Below, piece after piece: positions 28,592 through 38,279 of a stretch of 64,000 nucleotides of DNA; the first letter of the stretch is position 1, and every line of letters begins with the position of its first letter. Origin of the DNA: Candidatus Latescibacterota bacterium (GTDB lineage Bacteria > Latescibacterota > UBA2968 > UBA8231); assembly GCA_965208105.1 (NCBI GenBank), contig OZ242318.1, forward strand, positions 2,208,001 to 2,272,000, given 5' to 3'. The notes under the pieces are model-generated. The model searched no databases, was not told the DNA's origin, and saw only the letters and a list, made by a program, of their open reading frames with translations. Made by a program: the position numbers and the translations under genes.

Positions 28592-29587
28592 TCAGCTATC
28601 GCCCCTCGCATAGATTTCGGGATTGACGCACAGGGGCAGCTCCTCTCCCCGCAGACCGGCGAACAAATTGCGCGCGGCGGTCATGGCGACCTTCAACCTC
28701 GTTCCGTGGGTGTCTGTGCCCAGGTGCGGGCTGAAGACGACGTTATCCAGGGCCACGATGGGGTCGTCCATGGGAACGGGCTCCACTTCCAGCACGTCCA
28801 GCGCAGCCCCCAGGATCCCTCCCCCGGCAAGGGCCTGGTAGAGCGCCTTCTGGTCGACCACCGGTCCCCGGGAAGTGTTGACCAGGATGGCGTTCCTCTT
28901 CATGTGGCCGAGCTCTCCGGCGCCGATCAGATGCGTCGTCTCGGCGGTCAGGCGCACGTGGAGGCTCACGAAGTCCGACCGCTCGAGCAACGCGGGCAGG
29001 TTGTCGACCCACTCCAGTCCGAGCTCCTCTTCGAGGTCGTGCTTGCGCGTCCTGGAGTGGTAGAGAATCTTCATGTCGAAGCCGCGGGCGCGCCTGGCGA
29101 CCTCGGCGCCTATCTGCCCCAGACCCACTATCCCCAGGGTGCTTTCGTGGACCTCCTGGCCGACCAGGTGCATGGTCGCCAGGTCGTGCACCCACTTTCC
29201 GTCCCGCAGAAAGCGATCGACCTCGGGGATGCGCCGCGCTGCGGCCAGAAGCAGGGCCATGGCCATGTCCGCCGTTCCCTTGCTCGCCGCTCCGGGGGTG
29301 TTTCCGACGGCAATTCCCCTGCGCGTCGCCGTGGCCACATCGACGTTGTCGGTGCCGCTGCCGATTATGGACACGACCTTCAGATCGGGCGCGGACTCGA
29401 GCAGGGCGCCGCCCACCTTGTCGAAGACCTGGACCATGATGCCCTCCGCCTCCTTGCCCTCTTCCATCAGGATCTCAGGGGGAACCGGAGAGATCTCGGG
29501 CCAGTAGTCCATTACGGCGACTTCCGAGATGGCATCCAGCACCTCCTGCTGCAGGGGAGTGCTGACATAGACCCTGGGTTTGGACAC
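28592..29587 (-). CDS. D-isomer-specific 2-hydroxyacid dehydrogenase (glyoxylate reductase-like)
   Basis: GIVGLGQIG, LVNTSRGPVVD, LDVLEVEP, PHLG; GTG start after AAGGAG. Confidence 0.92.
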   Translation of the reverse strand: MSKPRVYVSTPLQQEVLDAISEVAVMDYWPEISPVPPEILMEEGKEAEGIMVQVFDKVGGALLESAPDLKVVSIIGSGTDNVDVATATRRGIAVGNTPGAASKGTADMAMALLLAAARRIPEVDRFLRDGKWVHDLATMHLVGQEVHESTLGIVGLGQIGAEVARRARGFDMKILYHSRTRKHDLEEELGLEWVDNLPALLERSDFVSLHVRLTAETTHLIGAGELGHMKRNAILVNTSRGPVVDQKALYQALAGGGILGAALDVLEVEPVPMDDPIVALDNVVFSPHLGTDTHGTRLKVAMTAARNLFAGLRGEELPLCVNPEIYARGDS

Positions 29588-29598
29588 GGGAGCTCCTT

Positions 29599-31155
29599 TC
29601 ATCCATTCGGCCGGCGGCCGTAGCGGGCGGGATCGGTGAAGCGCAGCGGCGAAAAGTATTCCTCGGGGTGGTAGTCGGGATCGCATGGTTTTCCGAGCAT
29701 GCGGCGGACCAGGGTCTCTCCGGCGTTGAAGGACACGGCCGAACCGGCTCCGGCGAACCCCCCGAGCATGTAGATGCCGTGCCCGTCCAGAAGGCCGACG
29801 AGGGGAAACTTGTCGGGGCTTTGCGCCGTGGTCCCGGTCCACTCCCGGGTCACCCGCATGGGCTCAGGGTCCCAGTGCTTCTCCATGGCGGCGGCGGCGT
29901 AGCGGGTGATGAAACGGGATGGCCTGGCTTTTCCTGCGAGTGACGGCGCGACCGGGGTATGGTCCGAGCCAAAAACGATGCCTCCGGAGGCAACCTTGAC
30001 GTACCAGCCCAGGTAGCCGCTGATGCCCACCCGGGGCGCCATGGAGGGCGGCCCCCCTTCGCCGTACATGCCCTGTTCCTTGTGGGGGCTGATGAGGTCC
30101 GGAAAGGGAGCCAGAAAATCCTTGAACAAGGTGGAAGTGTGGGACTCGGTGGCGTTCACGACGCACCGCGCCCTGATTGCTCCGCGGGAGGTGCGGACGA
30201 TGTAGTGTTCGCCGTCCCGCTGCACCGAATTCACCTCCGTGCGGGTGAAGAGCCTGACCTGCGGTTTCCGCAGGGCCGCCTCGAGGATGCCCCATACCCA
30301 CTTGGCTGGATGCCAGGTAGCGCTTGCCAGCGATTCGGCGCCGTCCAGCTCGGTGGCCGCCCCGCTGCGCCGGCGCACTTCCCCCGGAGCGCGGCGGACC
30401 CAGTCGGAGTGGCCCAGGCGGCTGCCCAGGGCCAGCGACGCTTCGAGCTTTTTGCTGGCCTGGCTATCGACGAAAAACACCCATCCCCTGCGGGCGTAGT
30501 CGCAGTCGATGCCTTCCTCCCTGATGGTCGCCTCGATGGACTCGTGGCTGGCCTGCACCGCACGGACGTAGACCGCCGCAAAGGACGCGGCCAGCTCGTC
30601 CCGGTCGGCAGCGCTCATATCCGGCCGCGTCGCCCTCAGGTACTCCAGCACCGGCTCGTAGACGTAGAATCCGTGATAGTTGCCGCCGGCCATCACCACT
30701 ATGCCGCCGTTGCGGCCCGCCGCCCCGTTGGCCGCTTCGCCGCGCTCGAGGACCACCAGGTCGTCCGACCCCTGCCTGGACCAATGATAGGCCACCGAGG
30801 CACCGCCGAATCCCGCGCCCACCACCACCACGTCCGCCGACTCCGGCAGAGAGGTCCCCGGTGCCCGCGCCCAGGGGTGGTTTTCAAGGGGATTTTCGGC
30901 GCTGAGCCAGTAGGGCGTGTGCGATATGTTCTCGTCGAGCTGGACCCACGCCATGGATTCGGGAATCTGCCGCCACATGGCGTCCACGGACCAGTAAAGC
31001 AGCTTGACCAGACGCAAAGGCATGGGATATTGCCCGAACCTCGTCTTCATGAGCTGCCGCGCGGAGCAGAGGTCGCGCCAGCGCAAGGCGGCCAGCAGAC
31101 TCAGAACTACCCGCAGCCTGGTGGTGAAAGTTGGACTGTGCTCTTGTCTCGTCAT
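29599..31155 (-). CDS. FAD-dependent oxidoreductase (DAO/PuuB-like)
   Basis: VVVGAGFGG, GAAGRNGG, EWTG; start uncertain (alternative ATG 30954). Confidence 0.88.
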   Translation of the reverse strand: MTRQEHSPTFTTRLRVVLSLLAALRWRDLCSARQLMKTRFGQYPMPLRLVKLLYWSVDAMWRQIPESMAWVQLDENISHTPYWLSAENPLENHPWARAPGTSLPESADVVVVGAGFGGASVAYHWSRQGSDDLVVLERGEAANGAAGRNGGIVVMAGGNYHGFYVYEPVLEYLRATRPDMSAADRDELAASFAAVYVRAVQASHESIEATIREEGIDCDYARRGWVFFVDSQASKKLEASLALGSRLGHSDWVRRAPGEVRRRSGAATELDGAESLASATWHPAKWVWGILEAALRKPQVRLFTRTEVNSVQRDGEHYIVRTSRGAIRARCVVNATESHTSTLFKDFLAPFPDLISPHKEQGMYGEGGPPSMAPRVGISGYLGWYVKVASGGIVFGSDHTPVAPSLAGKARPSRFITRYAAAAMEKHWDPEPMRVTREWTGTTAQSPDKFPLVGLLDGHGIYMLGGFAGAGSAVSFNAGETLVRRMLGKPCDPDYHPEEYFSPLRFTDPARYGRRPNG

Positions 31156-31234
31156 AGGAGATTTCCAGGGGTCGGCAGGCTCCCGGGCCGGGACTGACTG
31201 GAAGAAACCGGCGGCGTGTTCCTGCGGCGGAACA

Positions 31235-32137
31235 TTAGACTACCGGGGTAGTCCAGGACTCTTCGTCGTGAACCTCCCAGTAGCGGCGCCGCAGCCGCGA
31301 GGTGACGGGCCCGGGCCGGCCGCTTCCCACCGTTCGTCCGTCAAGGGTGGTTACTGGCATGATGCCACCGGCCGTGCTGGTCAGGAAGATTTCGGCGGCG
31401 GAGCGCAGCACCTCGACGCCGAAGAGGTCCTCCCTCGCGGCGATTCCCAGCTCGGCCGCCAGTTCGAGTACGGTCCTCCGCGTGATCCCTTCCAGAACAC
31501 CGGAGGCAGGTGTCAAAAGGACGTCGTTGCAATAAGCGAAGATGTTGAACCCGGGCCCCTCGCTGATGTTGCCGTCGGCATCGGCGAGAACCACGGTCTG
31601 GCCGCCGCGCTGGTAGGCCTCGAAGAGACCACCCACCATATCCCCCCAATGGAAGTTCTTGACCCTCGGATCCACCGCGCGGCTGGGAATGCGGATGGTT
31701 TCCCTGCAGACCACCAGGTGGGCTCCGAGCTCCTGGTCCTCGGGCTTGAAGATCCAGACGAAGGGCGCGGCATAGGCGTAGAACCTGTTCTCCATCACCC
31801 TGGGGTCGCGCACGCCGGGCAGCGCCACTCCCCGGGTGAGAATCATTGCAACGTATGCATTTTCCAGCCCGGTGCGCAGGACACACCCCACCAGGATATC
31901 TTTCATCCCATCCCTGGAGAGGGAGGGCGACATGTGCAGGCTCTTCCAGCCGGCTTCGAAGCGGTCCAGGTGGTCCTCCAGGCGGAAGAACCTGCTGTTC
32001 CACACCGAGACCACGTCATAGGTGGCGTCGCAGCGCAGAAACCCCATGTCGATAATGGGAATGCGGGCTTCGGTCAGGGCCACGTATTCGCCGTCGACCC
32101 ACGCACAGCCACTCTCGAACCGTTCTCGCTCCTGCAT
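31235..32137 (-). CDS. Class IV aminotransferase (branched-chain/(R)-amine transaminase-like)
   Basis: DATYDV, DPRVKNFHWGD, EGPGFN, LEGITR, STAGG. Confidence 0.92.
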   Translation of the reverse strand: MQERERFESGCAWVDGEYVALTEARIPIIDMGFLRCDATYDVVSVWNSRFFRLEDHLDRFEAGWKSLHMSPSLSRDGMKDILVGCVLRTGLENAYVAMILTRGVALPGVRDPRVMENRFYAYAAPFVWIFKPEDQELGAHLVVCRETIRIPSRAVDPRVKNFHWGDMVGGLFEAYQRGGQTVVLADADGNISEGPGFNIFAYCNDVLLTPASGVLEGITRRTVLELAAELGIAAREDLFGVEVLRSAAEIFLTSTAGGIMPVTTLDGRTVGSGRPGPVTSRLRRRYWEVHDEESWTTPVV

Positions 32138-32253
32138 TGTACCGTCCTGACCTCCGGCGCCGAACCCGGAACCGGATTCGCCCTCCGGGAGCGCTGCGAC
32201 CGGCCGCAACCGCCGTTTCCCGGTCGATTCTCCTCAGCGCTCTCCGGAATGTT

Positions 32254-33072
32254 TCACATGGCTTCGCGCAGGGTGTTGATGAAGCGAACATCGATCCGGG
32301 TCAGATCCACCACCGTCTCCACGTCCTCGCCGCTGTACTCGCTGTGAAAGCTAATGGCCCCTTCGAAATCCAGCCGCTTCAGCGCGTGCAGCACGGCGGA
32401 CCAGTCCACCAGTCCCTGACCCAGGCGCACCACACTCTTCCCCCAGGTGTATCTTCCGTTGCGCACGCTGCGCCGCTGCACCATGTCCTTGAAGGCCACT
32501 ACCGCCAGGTAGTCGCGCACGATGTCCAGGGCCATGGCCGCGGGTTCGCCGCAGATGGAGAGGTGCCCCGGGTCGGAGAATACACCGACGAGCCGGGGGT
32601 CGAATCCCCTCACGATATTCATCGCGGCGCAGGAGTTCAGGCCCATGGAGTTCCCCGAATGATTGTGCACCACGCTTTGCACTCCATGCTTGCGGGAAAG
32701 CTCTTCGAAGCCTTCGACCCAGCTGCGAATCTGGTCCACCTGATCCCAGTAGTGCTGCTCCGCGCTCCAGTGCCAGTAGCCCAGCTTGATGTGCCTCACC
32801 CCCGCTTCTCCGCAGGCCCCATAGAGCCGGTCCGCGTAGTCCATGTCGGGCCGGACGAAGTCTCCGGGCGCCGTGACCAGGGGAATCTCGAGACCTGCCT
32901 CAGCGAACTGCCGCGCTGCCCGGGGCAGCGCGCTGGCGACATTCTGCGGATCGACCGGATATCCCGGACGCACGCACAAGTCCGCTCCATCGAGGCCGAG
33001 ACCCGTCAATGCCTGTATGAGGCCCGCCAGGTCCAGCCCTTCGAGATGCTTGGTGAACATGATGAAATGCAT
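32254..33072 (-). CDS. Sugar phosphate isomerase/epimerase (xylose-isomerase-like TIM barrel)
   Basis: DLCVRPG, HNHSG, DPGH, SFHSEY. Confidence 0.85.
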   Translation of the reverse strand: MHFIMFTKHLEGLDLAGLIQALTGLGLDGADLCVRPGYPVDPQNVASALPRAARQFAEAGLEIPLVTAPGDFVRPDMDYADRLYGACGEAGVRHIKLGYWHWSAEQHYWDQVDQIRSWVEGFEELSRKHGVQSVVHNHSGNSMGLNSCAAMNIVRGFDPRLVGVFSDPGHLSICGEPAAMALDIVRDYLAVVAFKDMVQRRSVRNGRYTWGKSVVRLGQGLVDWSAVLHALKRLDFEGAISFHSEYSGEDVETVVDLTRIDVRFINTLREAM

Positions 33073-33314
33073 GAACTCGTTCTCCGGTGGCCGCGGAGCA
33101 ATGGACAAGGGACCGCAGGTTTTCTTATTCTAGGTGGTCGGCCCCGCCGAAATTCCTGGAATCCTCGCTCGCGTGAATCCCGGCCTTCGGCTTCGTGCGC
33201 TCCGGCGCCCGGGGCAATATAGATGCGCCGGGGAACGGGTGTCAAGAGCGGTCGCGCGGGCCGGGGAACCGTTCCGGCTGCGCTTCTGGCGCTGCCGTCC
33301 CGAGGGAGAAAACC

Positions 33315-34412
33315 GTGCAGCAGAGAAGCGAATTGGCAAGCCGGATCGACCGATTCAGCAAAGATCCAGGCGCTGCACCACCCCCCGCCGCCATTGTCGA
33401 ATCAGGCCTGGAAGTGCTCCCGGTTGTGCGCGATCTACTTTCCGCCGATCTGCCCCTGGAGGAAGCGGAGAGACTGGAGATGATCGCCAAGGCCGTGCTC
33501 AGGAAAAGCATGTCGGCGGGGACTTCCGGCGCGGTGGCGCGGCAGATCGCCCTATTTCAAAAAGAGCTCGGTTTCATCTTCAAATTCAAGCCCTACGCGG
33601 TCAAAGCCTCGGTCCCCCTGGGATACTCGATCTTCCTGCAGAACCCGGCCGAGGGCTTCAGCTTTCAGCAACATATCACCCACAAGGTCGAGGTTTTTCA
33701 CGTCCTGGAGGCCAAACCCGGAGGCTATGTTTTCCTGTGCGGCCTTTCCGATTGGAAAAGCCACTACGATCCATCCTCCTTTCGCCGCTGGCTGGAGGGC
33801 GAGCCGCACCATTTCTTCGACCGCTGCAGATTCACACCTCAAGCGGGCGACGTGTTCATCATTTCCGCGCTCGCTACGGTGCACACGGTCATCGGCTGCG
33901 TGCTGGAAGAATTCGCCACCGTTTCCACCGATATGGTCGACCGCCTGCACGACCAGAACGCGGGAAAATCCATTCCAACCCACTTCAACCGCGAATATGC
34001 CGAAATGCAGCTCGAGACCCTGGCGCTGCCGGGGAAAAACCGCGTGGTAGACATGTTTTCGCGCGGCGGCGGAATCCGCAGCCTCCATCCGGCCCGCGTT
34101 CCCGGAGGGACGGAAACGGTTCTCACCGACTCGTTTCTTCGGGCTTCCCACCGCACGGTAGAGCCGCGCAAAGAGAGCGCGATGGAGAAAGACCCCGGAC
34201 GCGCCGCGTTCGTTCGCGTACACGCCGGAGAGGGAAGAATCTTCATTGCCGCGGAGAACGAACTCGATCGTCCAGGCCGGACTTCGATCCCTCTTGCCGC
34301 GGGAGACCTGTTCATGATACCCCCCGGGATACACTACGGCTTCAAGAACGAGACCGACGATCCCCTGACCTGCTCCGAGCACCGGATCGAAACAGAAAAG
34401 GCATTCATATGA
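33315..34412 (+). CDS. Bicupin protein, divergent class I mannose-6-phosphate isomerase-like
   Basis: SFQQH..KVEVFHVL, GDVFII...TVH, DRLHD mirror PMI-I motifs; upstream of a manC-like gene. Confidence 0.6.
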   Translation: MQQRSELASRIDRFSKDPGAAPPPAAIVESGLEVLPVVRDLLSADLPLEEAERLEMIAKAVLRKSMSAGTSGAVARQIALFQKELGFIFKFKPYAVKASVPLGYSIFLQNPAEGFSFQQHITHKVEVFHVLEAKPGGYVFLCGLSDWKSHYDPSSFRRWLEGEPHHFFDRCRFTPQAGDVFIISALATVHTVIGCVLEEFATVSTDMVDRLHDQNAGKSIPTHFNREYAEMQLETLALPGKNRVVDMFSRGGGIRSLHPARVPGGTETVLTDSFLRASHRTVEPRKESAMEKDPGRAAFVRVHAGEGRIFIAAENELDRPGRTSIPLAAGDLFMIPPGIHYGFKNETDDPLTCSEHRIETEKAFI

Positions 34413-34520
34413 GGCACTTCACCAGGACACGGACATGAACGCGACTTCGGACCGCTCCGCCACCAGGAATCGCAGCTCGCGGCCCACCACCATGGGGGAA
34501 CCTTGCGGGGGAAGAATTCC

Positions 34521-35600
34521 ATGAAATTCGTCATTCGCGCCGGCGGCATCGGCACCCGCCTGTGGCCATTCAGCCGGGTCCGGCGCCCCAAGCAATTCCA
34601 CGCCATGTCCGGAGAGCGCACCATGGTCCAGGATGCGTTCGCACGCCTGAAGCCGCTCGCGGCGCCGGAGGACATCTACGTCTCGACCGGTGCCGACCTG
34701 GCCGGCCTGGTGCGGGACCAGCTTCCCGGCCTGGCGCCGGACCACCTCATCGTCGAGCCTGCACTGCGCAACACCGGTCCCGCCGTGGGCCTGGAGTGCG
34801 CCCTTCTCGAAGCGCGCCATCCCGGCTGCACCGTCGCCAGCCTGGGATCCGATCACCACATAGGGAAGGAAGAGGAGTTTCGCCGCCTGCTCGAGATTGC
34901 GGCCGCCGCCCTGGAGCGCCATCCCCGGTACCTCTTCGCCCTCGGCGTCGCGCCCACCCGGGTGGAAACCGGTTACGGCTACATCTGTAAGGGAGAGCTG
35001 CTCGACGAGGTCGCGGGTGTGCCCATCCACACCGTTGCCCGCTTCACCGAGAAACCGGGGGAGGAACAGGCCCGGGCTTACCTGGAGAGCGGCCGCTACC
35101 TGTGGAACACCAACATGTTCGCCTGGAAGGCTGCGACCGTGCTCGATCTTTTTTCCCGCTTCGAACCGGAGATCCACCAGGCTCTCATGCGCATCAAGGC
35201 GGCGGCCGGGTCTTCCGCCGAGGAGGCCGTTATCGCGCGGGAATACCCCCGCCTAAAGTCGATCGCGGTGGACCACGCCATTCTCGAGCGCGCCGGGCAC
35301 GTGGCCGCCATAGAGGCCGAAATGGCCTGGGGCGACATCGGCAGCTGGGCGGCCCTCACCGACGTTCTGCCAGCGGACGAAGACGGCAATCTCTTCGCCG
35401 GCGAGGTCCTCGCCCTGGACACGCGCAATGTTACCGCCTACGGGGCAAGGGACAAGCTGGTTGCCCTGGTGGGAGTGGAGGACCTGGTGGTGGTTGATAC
35501 GGAAGACGCCCTGCTGGTGTGCCGCAAGGAAGAGGCGCAGCGCGTCAGGGAAGTTCTGGAGCGCTTGCAGCGCCGGGAGAAGTTCCGCCGCTATCTGTGA
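34521..35600 (+). CDS. manC: Mannose-1-phosphate guanylyltransferase
   Basis: AGGIGTRLWPFSR..PKQF, EPALRNTGPA, TGYGYI, FTEKP, WGDIGSW. Confidence 0.92.
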   Translation: MKFVIRAGGIGTRLWPFSRVRRPKQFHAMSGERTMVQDAFARLKPLAAPEDIYVSTGADLAGLVRDQLPGLAPDHLIVEPALRNTGPAVGLECALLEARHPGCTVASLGSDHHIGKEEEFRRLLEIAAAALERHPRYLFALGVAPTRVETGYGYICKGELLDEVAGVPIHTVARFTEKPGEEQARAYLESGRYLWNTNMFAWKAATVLDLFSRFEPEIHQALMRIKAAAGSSAEEAVIAREYPRLKSIAVDHAILERAGHVAAIEAEMAWGDIGSWAALTDVLPADEDGNLFAGEVLALDTRNVTAYGARDKLVALVGVEDLVVVDTEDALLVCRKEEAQRVREVLERLQRREKFRRYL

Positions 35601-35701
35601 CCGGACTGACCGCCGATCCTGCGGCAGCGGGAAGCGCTTCCGCCCGCGGGATGCCCCCTGTATACCTCCGCCCGGCTCGACCTGCCTCGGAGGCGGAGTC
35701 A

Positions 35702-36601
35702 TCAATCCTCGCCAACCTCCTCGTCCGTCTCCTGCCGCGGCCGGGATACCTTCACCACCCAGATGCTGATTTCGTAGAGCAACAGGACGGGGAGCGCCAT
35801 CAGGATCTGGGACAGCGGATCGGGCGGTGTGAAGATGGCTGCCACGACGAAGATTGCGGCGATGGCATAGCGCCGGATCCGGCGCATGTAATCGGGGGTG
35901 AGCAGCCCGAGGCGGGAGAGGAAGAGGGCCACCACCGGCATCTCGAAGACCAGGCCGAATCCCACCAGCAGCCTTAATACAAAGCCGATATAGGTGTCCG
36001 CCGCCCATTGCGAGGTCATGTCCGGCGGTTCCAGGGCAAGGAAGAAGCGCAGCCCCAAGGGCAGCACGATCCAGTAGGCAACCAGGGCGCCGGCGGTGAA
36101 ACACAGGACGCTGAGGCCGATGAGCGGCAGGGCGATGCGCTTCTCGCTGCTCAGCAGGCCGGGTGCGACGAACCGCCAGACCTGGTAGAAGACCACCGGC
36201 AGGGCCAGCACGAGGCCGCCTATGAGGGCGATCTGCAGACTGATGAAAAAGTAGGTCATTGGCTTGAGCGACTGCAGCCGGCGCGAGTCGGGCAGAGCCT
36301 GATCGGGCTCCGAGATCCCTGACTCGGCCCCGGGAGACGGCGAGCCCATCCACTCCTCCAGCAGCTTCCGGACCGCATCCACGGCACCCGGAGGGCGCTC
36401 GCTCTCCAGGCTCCGGACCGCTTCCTCGTAGGGGTAGGTCAAAAGTTTCAGGAGTTGGTCGGAGAAAACGAAGCAGACCACAGCTCCCACGATGACCGCC
36501 GCCAGGGCTTTGAGGATGCACCAGCGCAGCTCCTCGAGGTGGCCCAGGAAGGGCATTTCCTTGCGATCTTTCTGCCTGGACTCGTCCAGAAGGTTCTCCA
36601 A
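35702..36601 (-). CDS. tatC: Twin-arginine translocase subunit TatC
   Basis: MPFLGHLEELR, QVWRFVAPGL, FEMPV, TPPDPLSQ. Confidence 0.96.
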   Translation of the reverse strand: MENLLDESRQKDRKEMPFLGHLEELRWCILKALAAVIVGAVVCFVFSDQLLKLLTYPYEEAVRSLESERPPGAVDAVRKLLEEWMGSPSPGAESGISEPDQALPDSRRLQSLKPMTYFFISLQIALIGGLVLALPVVFYQVWRFVAPGLLSSEKRIALPLIGLSVLCFTAGALVAYWIVLPLGLRFFLALEPPDMTSQWAADTYIGFVLRLLVGFGLVFEMPVVALFLSRLGLLTPDYMRRIRRYAIAAIFVVAAIFTPPDPLSQILMALPVLLLYEISIWVVKVSRPRQETDEEVGED

Positions 36602-36846
36602 TCTCTCGAAATCGATTTCCCCGGCGGCGGCGACTCGGAACCCCGTGCTTGAATCCCTGCCAGCTTCGCCCCGGGCGCATCCTACCCTCCCGCCTCGCGC
36701 ACCCGGGGGGCGCGGAAGGAGCGAGTTCCCTAGACCTTATGTATTGACGGAGATATGAAAGACCTCCTCCGACTCGGTTGTCGGGGGTTATCTTTGGGAA
36801 AACGGAGTTCACCCAAAGACCTATCCCCAGCGAGAAGGAGGAGGCC

Positions 36847-37986
36847 ATGCGTAAATCTACGAAATTCGTCGCCTTGGACATACATAAAGATTCGATCACC
36901 GTCGCCCTGGCCGGTGAAGGCCGAAAAGGGCCAGACCTGTATGGAACGATACCGTCTACGGGCGCCGCGTTGTCCAAGCTGGCGGGCCAACTGGCCCGTG
37001 GTGGGACCTCGTTGCGGTTTTGCTACGAGGCCGGACCCTGCGGCTACGGCGTCTACCGTCAGCTCACAGCCCTGGGGCACGCCTGCACGGTGGTGGCGCC
37101 CTCGCTGATCCCGCGTCGGCCGGGCGACCGCATCAAGACCGACCGCCGCGATGCTGTGTCTCTGGTGCGGCTTTTCCAACACGGCGAGTTGACCCCCGTG
37201 TGGGTGCCCGACGAAGCGCAGGAGGCGATGCGCGATCTGGAGCGCTGCCGGGAAGACTTCAAGCACGCCGAGCGCCGCGTGCGCCAGCGGCTGAACAGCT
37301 TCTTGCAGCGCCACGGCCGGATCTACTCCGGGCGCAGTCGCTGGACCCAAGCCCACTTTCGCTGGCTGGAGACCCAGCGCTTCGATCATCCGGCCCAGCA
37401 GATCGTCTTTCAGGAATACGTGGACGCGGTACAGGAAGCCCAAGGTCGGATCCAGGGGTTGGACCAGGCCCTGCAGCAGGCGCTGGAGGGATGGTCTTTG
37501 GAAGGGGAGACGCGGGCTATGAGGGCGCTGCGCGGGGTAGACACGCTCACCGCGGTTACGACCCTGGCCGAGTTGGGGGACCTCACCCGCTTTGACTCGC
37601 CGCGCCAACTGATGGCCTTCGTCGGTCTGGTCCCCAGCGAGCATTCCAGCGGCTCCCGCCAAAAGCGAGGGGCGATCACCAAGGCGGGCAACGCCCACGT
37701 GCGGCGCGTGCTGGTGGAAGCCGCCTGGTGCTATCGCTTTCCCGCCCGCAAGACGGCCGCCTTGCAACGACGCGCCGAACAGACCGCACCCCCCATACAG
37801 GCCATCGCCTGGAAGGCACAGAAACGCCTGTGTGGGCGCTATCGACGGCTGAGTGGGCGAGGGATGCCGAAAAACAAAGTCTGCACCGCGATCGCGCGGG
37901 AGCTTTTGGGTTTCATCTGGGCCATCGCCTGGGAGCAGAAACGCCCCGGCCGCCTCGTGGCCAGGAGGCCTCGGATCGCCGCCTGA
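36847..37986 (+). CDS. IS110-family transposase/recombinase
   Basis: DEDD RuvC-like residues (ALDIH, CYEAG, KTDRRDA) and Tnp-domain GLVPSEHSSG; AAGGAGGAGG RBS. Confidence 0.95.
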   Translation: MRKSTKFVALDIHKDSITVALAGEGRKGPDLYGTIPSTGAALSKLAGQLARGGTSLRFCYEAGPCGYGVYRQLTALGHACTVVAPSLIPRRPGDRIKTDRRDAVSLVRLFQHGELTPVWVPDEAQEAMRDLERCREDFKHAERRVRQRLNSFLQRHGRIYSGRSRWTQAHFRWLETQRFDHPAQQIVFQEYVDAVQEAQGRIQGLDQALQQALEGWSLEGETRAMRALRGVDTLTAVTTLAELGDLTRFDSPRQLMAFVGLVPSEHSSGSRQKRGAITKAGNAHVRRVLVEAAWCYRFPARKTAALQRRAEQTAPPIQAIAWKAQKRLCGRYRRLSGRGMPKNKVCTAIARELLGFIWAIAWEQKRPGRLVARRPRIAA

Positions 37987-38039
37987 TAAGCTCATCGTCT
38001 CAGAAGCCGGCATAGGACCTTTGCTCATGTAAATCGAAA

Positions 38040-38209
38040 CGGGACAGAAGGGACCGGTCAGGAGAATCCTCGAAGACACTATGAGGCGCCTATCAGGCTG
38101 ACCCTCGACTCTAGATTGAGGCCGCTCCGCGACGCACCCAGGACAGGCGGTAACCAACCCGCGAATATCAGTCGGATCAACCGTCGCTACAGCGTCCCTT
38201 CTGTTCCCG
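38040..38209 (+). ncRNA. Putative bridge/seek RNA of the IS110 element
   Basis: Closing stem 38040-54/38194-209; internal loop with GACACTA (38075-81) and CTAG (38111-14) matching the target; second loop with ATATCAG (38165-71) matching the donor junction. Confidence 0.75.
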
Positions 38210-38279
38210 AACAAACTCATGCAAAGATAACACCCGAAATGACCACCCCGGAGGGGGTTGACAACCGTCAATACATATC

